A stretch of 64,000 nt of DNA from a virus. Lineage: Duplodnaviria; Caudoviricetes. Positions within the stretch are counted from its first letter, which is position 1, and each line of letters begins with the position of its first letter. Positions 40,455 through 50,420 of this stretch are shown here, piece by piece. The DNA lies in IMG/VR virus record IMGVR_UViG_2684623176_000004, positions 1 through 64,000 of that record; one strand, written 5' to 3'. The position numbers and the translations under genes were made by a program. The notes beneath the pieces were generated by a model. That model was not told where the DNA came from and did no database searches. It was given only the letters and a program-made list of their open reading frames with translations.

Positions 40455-40838
40455 TTAGCTGGAAAAGTTGTTAATCCTTTTAAGGTTGTTATCCATATGT
40501 TTTAATAAATGAAGTTTTTCATTAAAATTTGTATATTCCTCTTTAGTGATTTTCTTTGTTAATTGGTATTGACTTGAATCTAATTGAACTTTATGACCGA
40601 GTTTATCTTTAATAATTACGTGTTTAACATTAAAAATCTTGTATACTTCATAAAAGGAGTTCATATCTAGATCATCATATTTGTTTGCACCATTGCCACT
40701 TTCTTTAATTCTATTACCATCATTGTCTATACGTCGTGTATCGATTGGCTTCACAAAATCACCCAATTGAGGTCTTCTATTAAGAGTTTGAAAGTAAACC
40801 GTTTCACCGTGCTCGTTTTTTGCTGTTATGAAATTCAT
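40455..40838 (-). CDS. Hypothetical protein
   Basis: AAGGAG RBS; terminator-like hairpin at 40417-40441. Confidence 0.6.
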   Translation of the reverse strand: MNFITAKNEHGETVYFQTLNRRPQLGDFVKPIDTRRIDNDGNRIKESGNGANKYDDLDMNSFYEVYKIFNVKHVIIKDKLGHKVQLDSSQYQLTKKITKEEYTNFNEKLHLLKHMDNNLKRINNFSS

Positions 40839-41030
40839 CAGTTTCTCCTTTATCGACGATATTTTTTAGAATACCTCATAAAAGAAGAGCCGCTTAAATA
40901 GCAACTCAAAATGTTTATCTTATTAGCCTCCCACTCTAACTCCCATGACTCAGCCTCCAATAGAATTGATTGACATAGTACCACTCCTTTTATTAAATCA
41001 ATTATACCATTTGCAAAGGAGTTTGAATAA

Positions 41031-41408
41031 TCAAACAACCTCACTCCAAGACCACATGTTCATTGTTTGCAGCGTAAACCCATCAGGAAGCTTTTTCATT
41101 TTAACATTCACATTGTATCTCTTCCCAGTAGTCTTATGGATCACAGCAAGTTCATCACCATTATAGAACCGCACAATTGCTTCATTAAATTCAATTGGCT
41201 GATCAACCACATAACCTTCTTTAAGCGCTCTGATATACAGATAAGGATCTGTCTTATAAAGCTCATATAGTCTATTACCAAAGTCTTCGTGTTTATCTCT
41301 AAGCAGATTAAAATTAATTAGGGATATGTACAGTTTTTCAGATAAGCTCAGTTTGTTCTTGAAATACCTGATTGCTTCATCTTGTTCTTTACTTAAAATA
41401 TTGGCCAT
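41031..41408 (-). CDS. Hypothetical protein
   Basis: ORF with RBS. Confidence 0.6.
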   Translation of the reverse strand: MANILSKEQDEAIRYFKNKLSLSEKLYISLINFNLLRDKHEDFGNRLYELYKTDPYLYIRALKEGYVVDQPIEFNEAIVRFYNGDELAVIHKTTGKRYNVNVKMKKLPDGFTLQTMNMWSWSEVV

Positions 41409-41446
41409 ATATCCATCTCCCATTCTTGTTAAAACTACAATTTTAT

Positions 41447-43189
41447 TTAGACCACAATATCTCCTTCTGCAGTCTTCAGCGTTCCACTGTCATATGTGTT
41501 ATGAATTAAGGTTGTATTCTTTGCTTTATCTGTGCAATAAGGGTGGGATAATAACTTGCCTCCAATTCCGCGCACATCGTTTCTTACAAGCCGTACCTTG
41601 TTTGTATTCTCTAAATAAACACCATATCCTTGGTCTGTTGAACGATTAAACATAATCTCATTATTGTTTAACATGTGTTCTGAACCACCTGCTAGGTGGA
41701 TAGCAATCAATGACTTACAGAAATAAATCTGATTCTCACTGATCTGACAGCTGTATTTCTCGGATGTACCTTTGATTGCAACATTTCTTGGATTATGAAT
41801 TTCATTTCCGTTGAAGTACACTTCAGAATCCTTATCCCAAAAGATGCCGTATCCACTTCCGCTTAAGAATAAGTCATTCAACTTTAAACGAACTGATTGA
41901 GACCTCTCACAATAAACTCCCCCGTGCACATTTGCAAATTCATTAATAGCAAAACTTACACGGTTAGAATCCATGATTTTAATGGCATAAGCAGAAGTTG
42001 TATTTCCCCCTTTATTATTTGTAACTCTCACATCTTTTGAGTTTCGCACTTGAACTTGTATACAATCGCTGTTTTCAATATGATTATTCGAAATAAAAAC
42101 ATCTTCTGCTTCATGTGTTGCAATCGGACAAGCCGTTATGTTTTCAAGTATATTGTCCGCTACATGAACCCCTTTCCCTCTTACACAAATGCCTATTTCA
42201 AACCCTCTTACAGTGTTACCGATGATTTGCACTCTATTTCCTGACTCCGTGCTTGAAACACCCACCGAGTCAATTCCATATTTCTTGGATTTCCCTTTAT
42301 TAATAATCTTGTTGTCTTTAACACTGACATCAGTGCTGTATCCATAAGAGATAACATTGTCACTATAGTTTCCTTCTAAGTTTACTTCACCGCTTGTGTG
42401 AGCTGTAACGGATCCACGTCCATTGTTTTTAAACCTGCAGTTTCGCACAGTTAATTTATACGGGTGATCGTACTTAATTCCGTTTTCTCCAAAGCCCTCT
42501 AAATCAATTCCTAATTGTGGCCCAATTGTATCTCCCCCAGCTTCTTCTATATCACAGTCATCAACAAGAAGACCTTCACAGCCATTTGTAGCCAGGTTAT
42601 TTCTTCTCCCTCTTAAAAGCGTACACTTTCGAACAGTTACATTCTTTGAAGGTGTATATGTTCCTGAAGTGTTCATCATTCCTTCTGCTGCTATCCAAAT
42701 GTTATCTCCAATACAATCAGAGACCTGCACATTTTCAATTAATACATTGCTGCTACCATGAACATGAATGCCATAGCCCCATTCGTGCGTTTTTTGAATT
42801 GCACTGATTTTTGAATAATCATGCTCATATCGATCCCCTATAATTTGACCGCCACGAATCGTAACATTACTTGCTTGGCCGATATAAAAACAGGAGTAGC
42901 CTTGAGAATCATTTGGCTGCACTTTAAATATAGCCTCTGGATGAAGTATTAGCTCAATATTCGAAGGAACGTTAATACCTCCACCGAATTCAGGTAACCG
43001 CTTTGTTGTATTCACCGCATCAATTAGATAGATTCCTTTTGGAATATGTACTTTATAGAATGATTTTGAGCTTGCGTACTCTAAAGCCCGGTTTAATCCT
43101 TCTGTTGTTTCAATTGCATTTGACCCTTTATCATCAATTCCCCAATCCAGAGCATCAACAAAATAGTATAAGGGTTGCCGCATGTTCAT
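41447..43189 (-). CDS. yorA: Right-handed beta-helix (pectate-lyase-like) protein, YorA-like
   Basis: IPKGIYLI and repeated parallel beta-helix motifs. Confidence 0.85.
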   Translation of the reverse strand: MNMRQPLYYFVDALDWGIDDKGSNAIETTEGLNRALEYASSKSFYKVHIPKGIYLIDAVNTTKRLPEFGGGINVPSNIELILHPEAIFKVQPNDSQGYSCFYIGQASNVTIRGGQIIGDRYEHDYSKISAIQKTHEWGYGIHVHGSSNVLIENVQVSDCIGDNIWIAAEGMMNTSGTYTPSKNVTVRKCTLLRGRRNNLATNGCEGLLVDDCDIEEAGGDTIGPQLGIDLEGFGENGIKYDHPYKLTVRNCRFKNNGRGSVTAHTSGEVNLEGNYSDNVISYGYSTDVSVKDNKIINKGKSKKYGIDSVGVSSTESGNRVQIIGNTVRGFEIGICVRGKGVHVADNILENITACPIATHEAEDVFISNNHIENSDCIQVQVRNSKDVRVTNNKGGNTTSAYAIKIMDSNRVSFAINEFANVHGGVYCERSQSVRLKLNDLFLSGSGYGIFWDKDSEVYFNGNEIHNPRNVAIKGTSEKYSCQISENQIYFCKSLIAIHLAGGSEHMLNNNEIMFNRSTDQGYGVYLENTNKVRLVRNDVRGIGGKLLSHPYCTDKAKNTTLIHNTYDSGTLKTAEGDIVV

Positions 43190-44010
43190 GTTGTCAAACC
43201 CTTCCCTTCTACATTTTCATTGAGAAACCTTGATAGAGTGTCAATGAAGTTATAAAAGGTCTCATTTCTTGTGCCAGAGCGTTCTTTTAGAGAAAAGGTG
43301 TTAAACATTGATTTACGTAATCCAGTGCTTAACTCAAGTTGAATACTCTTTCCTGTTTTATTTTTATTGGCAACATTATTTGGACTGCTACCGGATAGCC
43401 TCGTCCCCTCATCAAGAAGCTCTGCAGAGTAGCCGGCATTATTTAATGTGCTTGTTATCGCTTCAGCTTTGTCTCGATCTGTGCCACCAACTAAAACATG
43501 TTGATCATTACTTGCGTAGCCGTGAAGTGACAGTGTGAACTCATGTTCCTTCAACATTTCAAGTGCTTGTGGTTCATCAAAATTCGTACTGGTTAAATGC
43601 AAATCAAAGGCTCCTGGTGTCTTTAAAGCTTCAAAAAGATATGTAGAGTATGTTTCGCTTAATTCCTTTGCAAGCTCGCTTGTTCCCCCTTCTATGCCAC
43701 CTCCATGGGGAGAAAGAATTAATACATCAGTGTTTTGCTCTTTTGAGAACACGCTAAAATTGAACGGTGATTCATTCGCTTTAAGCTCTTCAAAGTTCCG
43801 ATACTTGTCCGCTGCTAAAATACTCACAGGATTCAGGAATGAAACCAGAGCAGTCACCAAGACTGGAAAAGTCTTCTTAACTGTGCTATACTCTAATAGC
43901 TTCGTAGTGATACGACGCATGCAGAGTTGGGGGTGCGTCCCAATGCTAACCCTCTCTGCCTCTTCAATCTTTTTTAACAAATCCTCTATTCTGTTTTTAA
44001 TTCTTAACAA
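43186..44010 (-). CDS. yoqZ: Poly-gamma-glutamate hydrolase (YoqZ/PghZ-like)
   Basis: PHGGGIEGGTSE, HLTSTNFDEP, SLHG and QLELS motifs. Confidence 0.88.
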   Translation of the reverse strand: MLRIKNRIEDLLKKIEEAERVSIGTHPQLCMRRITTKLLEYSTVKKTFPVLVTALVSFLNPVSILAADKYRNFEELKANESPFNFSVFSKEQNTDVLILSPHGGGIEGGTSELAKELSETYSTYLFEALKTPGAFDLHLTSTNFDEPQALEMLKEHEFTLSLHGYASNDQHVLVGGTDRDKAEAITSTLNNAGYSAELLDEGTRLSGSSPNNVANKNKTGKSIQLELSTGLRKSMFNTFSLKERSGTRNETFYNFIDTLSRFLNENVEGKGLTT

Positions 44011-44176
44011 TTAATAACCACTCCTTTTATTTTTGTTTTATTCTTAAATCACATAGGTAACTCACACTGTTATCACCCCCTTAAATAAAAAATTACTTTT
44101 ATTCAGAAATCAATACGATTACTCAACTCCTTAAGGTAAAATATGAGTATCTCTCTTTGAAAGGATTGAGCTATTT

Positions 44177-44353
44177 ATGATTAAACTTTCTCCAGAAGAA
44201 ATTGATGAAATCGCTAAAGAATGGGAAAACAAAGGTAATCCGCACTGTGATCATTCTCAAATAGGTAGAGAATACACACTTGGTGCTCATACTGACTATG
44301 CATGTCTGCAATGCGGTGAAAGACGTTACAATATTGAAGACTTTAGGAGATAG
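44177..44353 (+). CDS. 58-aa Zn-finger-like protein
   Basis: AAGGA RBS; CDH...CLQCG; not in the ORF track. Confidence 0.6.
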   Translation: MIKLSPEEIDEIAKEWENKGNPHCDHSQIGREYTLGAHTDYACLQCGERRYNIEDFRR

Positions 44354-44384
44354 GGTATTAACCCTTCTCTTTAAATTATCGTTT

Positions 44385-44798
44385 TTATTTAGATTCTATA
44401 AGCCCAGGATCTTCGTAAATGTTGCCGATGACTTCAATAGTTGTATATTCCACCCATCCAACGGCTGTTACGTCATAATCAGAGGAAAGCCCTGATACAT
44501 CAACTTGAAATGCCCCACCTGAATACTTGACTTCACATATATTGAATTCTTCCTCATCGTCTTCACTCGTGATGCGAACAATATCCCCCTCATAAATCTC
44601 CCGGCCGTTCTTGTCCTTTAGTCCGGTGTATTGCAAATAAATTAGATGGTGCAACGTTTTAAAATTAGGTTCGTCTTCTGTAATGTCTGTAGCAACAATG
44701 CCGCTTCCACCAAACTCAAAAACAATGTCATCTTCTTCGCCTAAATAAAGCATTCTGTCTTTGACATCGTCCCATGCCCGAAACTTGATTTCTCTCAT
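44385..44798 (-). CDS. YopX-family protein
   Basis: MREIKFRAWD...QYTGLKDKNGREIYEGDI...EVIGNIYE. Confidence 0.92.
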   Translation of the reverse strand: MREIKFRAWDDVKDRMLYLGEEDDIVFEFGGSGIVATDITEDEPNFKTLHHLIYLQYTGLKDKNGREIYEGDIVRITSEDDEEEFNICEVKYSGGAFQVDVSGLSSDYDVTAVGWVEYTTIEVIGNIYEDPGLIESK

Positions 44799-44855
44799 TC
44801 TTCCGCCTCCATATCTCTGACTATTTCCTTATCGGCCCGTTCCCGCGTGCCGTCG

Positions 44856-44993
44856 TTACCTACCGTCAATTGGTCTAACATTTTCAAAATCCTCTACTTC
44901 ATCAACATATTCTATTTCGATATATCCTGTGGCATCTTCATGCACCCATACTTCCATTTCGGCTACCGCTTTCACTTTCGCTTTGTATCTCAT
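44856..44993 (-). CDS. 45-aa acidic protein
   Basis: GAGGAGG RBS with ATG. Confidence 0.5.
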   Translation of the reverse strand: MRYKAKVKAVAEMEVWVHEDATGYIEIEYVDEVEDFENVRPIDGR

Positions 44994-45028
44994 TCAGTGC
45001 CTCCTCAATTTTCAATCTATTTTCATCT

Positions 45029-45358
45029 TTATAAAATCTCTGTTTTATCAAATTTCTTTCTTAGAAATTCATATTTCTTGAGTGTACGTTCATTCTGATC
45101 TTCTTCCTTTAACTCTTCCATTGCCTTACGGATTAACGGTCTCCAAACGATCAAGTACTTTAGAATAAAAGAACATGGTATTCCAATGCTTACAACAAAC
45201 ATTCCAATTCTTCGTGTTATTATCCTCTGATTGTCTATGGCAGTTAAACCACCAAATAGAAAATATACGAACAAGTTCATACCTACTAACGCTAAAGCTC
45301 CAAGAAGAAGTTCTCTTCTTAATATCCGTGCATCTCTCAATAAATTCAGAAACATCAC
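45029..45358 (-). CDS. Membrane protein
   Basis: Two TM segments. Confidence 0.6.
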   Translation of the reverse strand: MMFLNLLRDARILRRELLLGALALVGMNLFVYFLFGGLTAIDNQRIITRRIGMFVVSIGIPCSFILKYLIVWRPLIRKAMEELKEEDQNERTLKKYEFLRKKFDKTEIL

Positions 45359-45576
45359 CCTAATACACTTATTTTATTTTTATCCAATAAATCAATTATA
45401 TAAGTCTCATACATGTCATCCCAATAAGGATCTGTTCTTGCTATGTATTTCTTTGCTCTTCCATTCTCCTTAATCTTAAATGTTTGCCCCTTTTGAATAT
45501 CAGTGAACTTCTTCTTTGTCCATATCCCTCTAATTAACACATCTACTTCTTTAACCTCAACTGTTTGCTGCTTCAT
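45355..45576 (-). CDS. Hypothetical protein (YoqX-like)
   Basis: AGGAGG RBS. Confidence 0.6.
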   Translation of the reverse strand: MKQQTVEVKEVDVLIRGIWTKKKFTDIQKGQTFKIKENGRAKKYIARTDPYWDDMYETYIIDLLDKNKISVLG

Positions 45577-45646
45577 CACATTCCTCCTTTTTGATTTTCG
45601 TGTATCAAGCCTGTACAATATTCAAAAACCCTAAAGGATGATGAAC

Positions 45647-46321
45647 ATGTGTGGCAGGTTCACTTTATTTTCTGAGTTTGACGACATCATAGAACAGTTC
45701 AATATAGACCAATTTTTGTCTGAAGACGAATACAACCCAAGCTATAATGTCGCTCCATCACAAAACATCCTGACAATCATTAATGATGGATCAAATAACC
45801 GTCTGGGCAAACTTAGATGGGGTCTTATACCTCCTTGGGCTAAGGATGAAAAGATCGGATATAAGATGATTAATGCTCGTGCTGAAACATTGGCCGAGAA
45901 AGCAAGCTTCAGAAAGCCGCTTGTAAGCAAACGCTGCATTATCCCTGCAGACAGTTTTTATGAATGGAAACGTCTCGATCCGAAGACTAAGATTCCTATG
46001 CGGATTAAGCTCAAATCCTCCAATCTCTTTTCATTTGCAGGCTTATATGAAAAGTGGAATACGCCAGAAGGCAATCAGTTATACACCTGTACAATCATCA
46101 CGACAAAACCCAATGAGCTTATGGAAGACATTCATGATCGGATGCCGGTCATTCTTACTGATGAGAACGAAAAGGAATGGCTAAACCCCAAAAACACGGA
46201 TCCTGATTTTCTTCAAAACTTACTGTTACCGTATGACTCTGATGACATGGAAGCTTATCAAGTTTCATCTTTAGTGAATTCACCTAAAAACAATTCACCT
46301 GAGCTCATTGAATCCCATTAA
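45647..46321 (+). CDS. yoqW: SRAP abasic-site-processing protein (YoqW)
   Basis: MCGRF N-terminus, NARAET, FYEW and HDRMP motifs. Confidence 0.93.
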   Translation: MCGRFTLFSEFDDIIEQFNIDQFLSEDEYNPSYNVAPSQNILTIINDGSNNRLGKLRWGLIPPWAKDEKIGYKMINARAETLAEKASFRKPLVSKRCIIPADSFYEWKRLDPKTKIPMRIKLKSSNLFSFAGLYEKWNTPEGNQLYTCTIITTKPNELMEDIHDRMPVILTDENEKEWLNPKNTDPDFLQNLLLPYDSDDMEAYQVSSLVNSPKNNSPELIESH

Positions 46322-46390
46322 GTACCACAGTCATTTTGCTTTATATATCACCTTCGCTTAGCTATTATGTTCTAAGTAGGAGGTGATAAT

Positions 46391-47203
46391 TTGTTTGTAT
46401 CGCCAATGTTATTACATTCAATTAAAGAACCATTTGATGATGATGGTTATATTACCGAGCTGAAGTTTGATGGAATTAGACTGATCCTCTCCAAGTTTAA
46501 TGATCAGATAAAGCTTTACACTCGTCACAACAATGAGGTAACAAGCAAGTTCCCAGAACTGTTGGATCTCGATATACCCAATGGAACTGTTTTAGACGGT
46601 GAAATCATTGTAGCTGCCCCAGGCGGTGCCCCTGATTTCGAAGCAGTCATGGAACGCTTTATGTCTAAGAAATCAGCTCATAAGGTGGTTTACTGTGTAT
46701 TTGATGTAATTTATATTGATGGGTGTTCAATCGCTAATAAGCCGCTCATTGAACGAAAGAGCATGCTTTCAGACCTAAACCTTGAGCACGATAATGTCTT
46801 TGTGATCGAAGGCCTGCAAGGAAACGGATTAGCTTACTTTAATCTGGCCAAAGAAAAGCATCTTGAAGGAATCGTACTAAAGAAAGCTAACTCCCCTTAT
46901 GAAATCAATAAACGTTCCCATAGCTGGCTGAAAGTGATTAATTATGATTACACAGATGTGCTTATCACTGGCTACACCAAAGAGGATATAAAATTTCTTC
47001 TGTCTTATCCTGATGGTACTGCAGCTGGGTTTATGGAATTCATGCCGAATGCGGAACGAAGTAAGTTCCACTCTATAAAACATGTAAAGTCTGAAACTGA
47101 TGAATATGTATTTGTAGAACCGATCTTATGTAAGGTTAAGCACAGATTTAAGACTAAGCATGGTAAACTCCGCATACCTTCCTTTGAATCCTGGAGAGTC
47201 TAA
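46391..47203 (+). CDS. ligB: ATP-dependent DNA ligase
   Basis: ELKFDGIR, LDGE, FD and EGIVLK motifs. Confidence 0.92.
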   Translation: MFVSPMLLHSIKEPFDDDGYITELKFDGIRLILSKFNDQIKLYTRHNNEVTSKFPELLDLDIPNGTVLDGEIIVAAPGGAPDFEAVMERFMSKKSAHKVVYCVFDVIYIDGCSIANKPLIERKSMLSDLNLEHDNVFVIEGLQGNGLAYFNLAKEKHLEGIVLKKANSPYEINKRSHSWLKVINYDYTDVLITGYTKEDIKFLLSYPDGTAAGFMEFMPNAERSKFHSIKHVKSETDEYVFVEPILCKVKHRFKTKHGKLRIPSFESWRV

Positions 47204-47392
47204 TCTCTCCGTTACATAATTCCTTAGTGACTCGCCATTACACACCAAATGAAAATTTAGTACATGGACCAATTAGATAATTTATCGTTAAAATAACTAT
47301 TTTAATTTAACTTTAATGTGTATCATCTTGAGAAAATCCCCTTTAATTGGTAAGCTGACACCAGATCATACTTATACAAAGCAGGTGATGTC

Positions 47393-47767
47393 ATGAATAA
47401 AATAATCGGAATGGCTGGATTAATTATCTCCTTACTTGTGTCAGGGTTTTCAGCAAGTGATTCATTGACTCAAAAGATCGCTATGGCTTGTCTATTTTTG
47501 TTCTTATTGATTTATAATTTTGAACATACTAAGGAGTTCTCTAAAAAATCTTTGGCTATTATAGGCTCTTCCTTCATTGTATTAATGCTTGGAATTTATC
47601 AATTGCTCTCTATAACTGGTAATTATTTTGAGAGCCATGGCTTAAATATGGGCCTTATCATCTTACTTGAGATTGTCTTAGTTATTGTATTAGTGACTGC
47701 TGCGCTGAGTTTAATCAAGTATATGGCTGATCGGTTAAGGAAAACACCTGATGGTAAAGAGCTTTGA
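47393..47767 (+). CDS. Four-TM membrane protein
   Basis: Hydrophobic ORF with GCAGGTG RBS. Confidence 0.65.
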   Translation: MNKIIGMAGLIISLLVSGFSASDSLTQKIAMACLFLFLLIYNFEHTKEFSKKSLAIIGSSFIVLMLGIYQLLSITGNYFESHGLNMGLIILLEIVLVIVLVTAALSLIKYMADRLRKTPDGKEL

Positions 47768-47780
47768 CTCTTTGCCTTTT

Positions 47781-48011
47781 TTAAGCTAAATATTTCTTCT
47801 TATGCCGTCTTCTATGTACAAAATCAAATGCGATATCAACTTTTACCGGTTCCTTCTCTTCTGCTACTCGTTCCGTAACAACAATCAGTTGTCCATTTTC
47901 CTGGTGTTCAATGCTATGAACTGAATACCCTTTTGAAGCGTAATATTCACCAATAATCTCATCAACGTGGTTACTAAGCAGATTCCTCTTTATCACCCTT
48001 ATAACCTCCAT
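47781..48011 (-). CDS. Hypothetical protein
   Basis: ORF. Confidence 0.5.
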   Translation of the reverse strand: MEVIRVIKRNLLSNHVDEIIGEYYASKGYSVHSIEHQENGQLIVVTERVAEEKEPVKVDIAFDFVHRRRHKKKYLA

Positions 48012-48146
48012 TTATTTTATTTTTATTCTTTAAATATTTATATGTATTCCATCCGCAGCCGTCAAATACGCTTATGTCCGCTCCAAGATGCCATCTAAAC
48101 CAAACTAAGTTAAACCAGGCTGTATCAATTATGTAACTGATGTATC

Positions 48147-48854
48147 CTATTCTTTTGACCTCCGTTCTGAATCTTGTCGTTCTGCTTTAAAACGATTTAG
48201 CCATTCTTTAATCTTTAGCAATCTTTCGGATGAGAAGTTTTTGTTTGATGAGTTGTACCAGTCTTCAAATGCAAAGTCGTGCTTTGAGCTATTGCAAGAT
48301 TTACAAGCAGGTATGCAGTTGCTTATATCATTAGCCCCTTTGTGATCTACATGCTCTTTATGAAAATCACTTTGTATATAGGTTCCTTTGAATAATATCT
48401 TATGGTCTTCAATTTTCAGCCCGCAATAAGCACACTTGTTGTTAAAATAGTCTTTGCACTTTTGCCACTGTATATCTGTAATGTTATGTTTCTTGTAAGC
48501 ATCTCTTTGTAAACGGTAGTTTTTTAATTTTAGCTTGTTCTTTTCTTGCCAGATTTGTTGTGTTTTTTTCTTTTTCAAACTTGAGTTGTATTTCTTTTTG
48601 GCCTTTTTCATCCCTGGAAGAAGATTTCTTTCCCTCATTCGTTCAAGCTGTTTGTCATAATTCTTCAACATGCTTTCTTTAGCCTTTTTTAATACACAAG
48701 CTTTACAATATGAATGAAGTCCATCCTTATTTTTCTTCACAGAGTAAAAATTCTCTTCAGTTGCCGGTAACCAGCTTTTACAACTTATACAATTCTTGTG
48801 ATAATATCCGTTTATTATTTTATGCTTTTTACTATCAAATAATTTTTCACCTAT
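48147..48854 (-). CDS. HNH endonuclease with N-terminal Zn finger (YoqL-like), probable ATA start
   Basis: CAYCG...EHV...N...CKSCNSSK. The frame stays open upstream of 48740 and supplies the first CxxC pair. Confidence 0.78.
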   Translation of the reverse strand: MGEKLFDSKKHKIINGYYHKNCISCKSWLPATEENFYSVKKNKDGLHSYCKACVLKKAKESMLKNYDKQLERMRERNLLPGMKKAKKKYNSSLKKKKTQQIWQEKNKLKLKNYRLQRDAYKKHNITDIQWQKCKDYFNNKCAYCGLKIEDHKILFKGTYIQSDFHKEHVDHKGANDISNCIPACKSCNSSKHDFAFEDWYNSSNKNFSSERLLKIKEWLNRFKAERQDSERRSKE

Positions 48855-49081
48855 ATTAATTGCCCCCTGCTCTTTAGTCTATCTGCTAAAACATAATCAT
48901 CAGTTAATTCCCTCTTGAATCGATAAAACTGTTTTATTTGATTTAGATCAATCCCAACCCAGCAATTGTCCACCATCCACCCTTTTGGTTCTAATTCACT
49001 TACGAAATGCTTTCTGGCTTCAATATCATCAGAATATATGTACAATCGTTCTTCATATGTTCTTTCTTCTTTTAGTTTCAG
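48851..49081 (-). CDS. Hypothetical protein (YoqK-like), probable CTG start
   Basis: In-frame CTG after GGAGAGGTG. Confidence 0.55.
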   Translation of the reverse strand: MKLKEERTYEERLYIYSDDIEARKHFVSELEPKGWMVDNCWVGIDLNQIKQFYRFKRELTDDYVLADRLKSRGQLI

Positions 49082-49100
49082 AAAAGTTCACCTCTCCTTA

Positions 49101-49727
49101 TCATCCAGCTGTATAGCTTATATCCAATTCAAAATCACATTTCGGATGTAGCCTCCAAATTTGATGTCCTAAATATGTTTTCCTAGCGTAATTCAGACAG
49201 TTCCTTGTCCCACTTTTACTTCCGTCATAAACAGCTACTATTGCTTCACTGTGATCAATCATGTATTCATTTCGCTTTTGCATCTTAGCCGGCGAAAACT
49301 CTCCTGGTACAGCTCCACTAACTTTATATTTATCTAATTCTTCAACATTAATAATCTCATCCGCAACTTCAAGCATTCGCTTGTACCACATTTTCTGTTC
49401 TGCAGACCATACTTTGTCTTGTTCTTTGAAAGGTGTAGCAATTATGTTTTTGATATGTGGGTATTTCTTCTTTAGAATATGTACACACCAGCAAGCAGCC
49501 TGATCAGTTCCTAACGCTCCACCAGTTATGAACCTGGACTTGTTTTCCTTATTGATTAATTCTTCAATGACTTCAAGTAGCTTATCTTTCAGTTTAAGCA
49601 TTGTTGGATTTTTCATATCGTATCCACCCAATTTGTTCGGCCTATGACCAGTGAAGCACACCGTTTTCTTTCTTATAGTCTCCTTTTCTTGTTGTATCCG
49701 CTCACGTTCATTTCTCTCAATTTCCAT
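49101..49727 (-). CDS. yoqJ: SLOG/YspA (DUF1273) family protein, YoqJ-like
   Basis: CFTGHRP, GGALG.D, RNEYMID and YDG..SGT motifs. Confidence 0.85.
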   Translation of the reverse strand: MEIERNERERIQQEKETIRKKTVCFTGHRPNKLGGYDMKNPTMLKLKDKLLEVIEELINKENKSRFITGGALGTDQAACWCVHILKKKYPHIKNIIATPFKEQDKVWSAEQKMWYKRMLEVADEIINVEELDKYKVSGAVPGEFSPAKMQKRNEYMIDHSEAIVAVYDGSKSGTRNCLNYARKTYLGHQIWRLHPKCDFELDISYTAG

Positions 49728-50130
49728 CTGCTTAATATATTCAGGATCACTAAGTTTTTTGAAATTGACTATCGGTTCTCACCCTTTCTTTAAAACAGTC
49801 TTTTTATCCAGTCGCTCTCTGCTGATTACTCATCACTTGTGGCTTCGCTTTAGCGCAATTTGGGATTGTTTATTATCTTATTAAAGCAGTTGTCAGTAAC
49901 TTCATTCTCGGGAGCAGATACTCACCCAGTTCTGTACGTGAATCCCAACTCACTTCTTTAATACTGGCAATCATCCCTTTTTCATCAATGGAATACTGAA
50001 TCGCAATTTTATCAGCCCCACATTCATACCTTTGTCTAATTTTCATCGGTACCCCTGCCTATCTTCGAAAAGTTATGTATTATTTAATTATCCCTTAGTC
50101 ATTTCTTTACTTCTCTTTAAAACTTCAATT

Positions 50131-50394
50131 TTATTTTGATTTAATCTCAACAATTAGACTGTCAGGATAGTTCTTCAAATCAAGTGCGTTTACATGACAG
50201 TGACCTACATATCCTTCTTTATCAACGTAATTATAATAAAACTTTTCCCCATTATTAATGATAACTTCACCCTGATGTGTATACTCCATCTCTGATCCCT
50301 TGTACCATGTTACTTTAACTTTTGTGCCAGGTATGATTTTATTTAAATCAAATATTGTTATTTCTTTTAGCAAAATCATTTCCTCCATTTCCAT
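50131..50394 (-). CDS. Hypothetical protein
   Basis: ORF bracketed by two perfect junction palindromes. Confidence 0.6.
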   Translation of the reverse strand: MEMEEMILLKEITIFDLNKIIPGTKVKVTWYKGSEMEYTHQGEVIINNGEKFYYNYVDKEGYVGHCHVNALDLKNYPDSLIVEIKSK

Positions 50395-50420
50395 TTTCCA
50401 CTCTCTATAAAATTTTACTT

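Noticed and set aside
40850-41044. 64-aa ORF as a gene
   Set aside because: It overlaps the upstream gene end and its start is ambiguous; support is too weak to call
49849-50046. Small minus-strand ORF (MKIRQRYECG...) with a possible frameshifted tail
   Set aside because: Cannot distinguish a real 57-aa gene from a pseudogene without homologues
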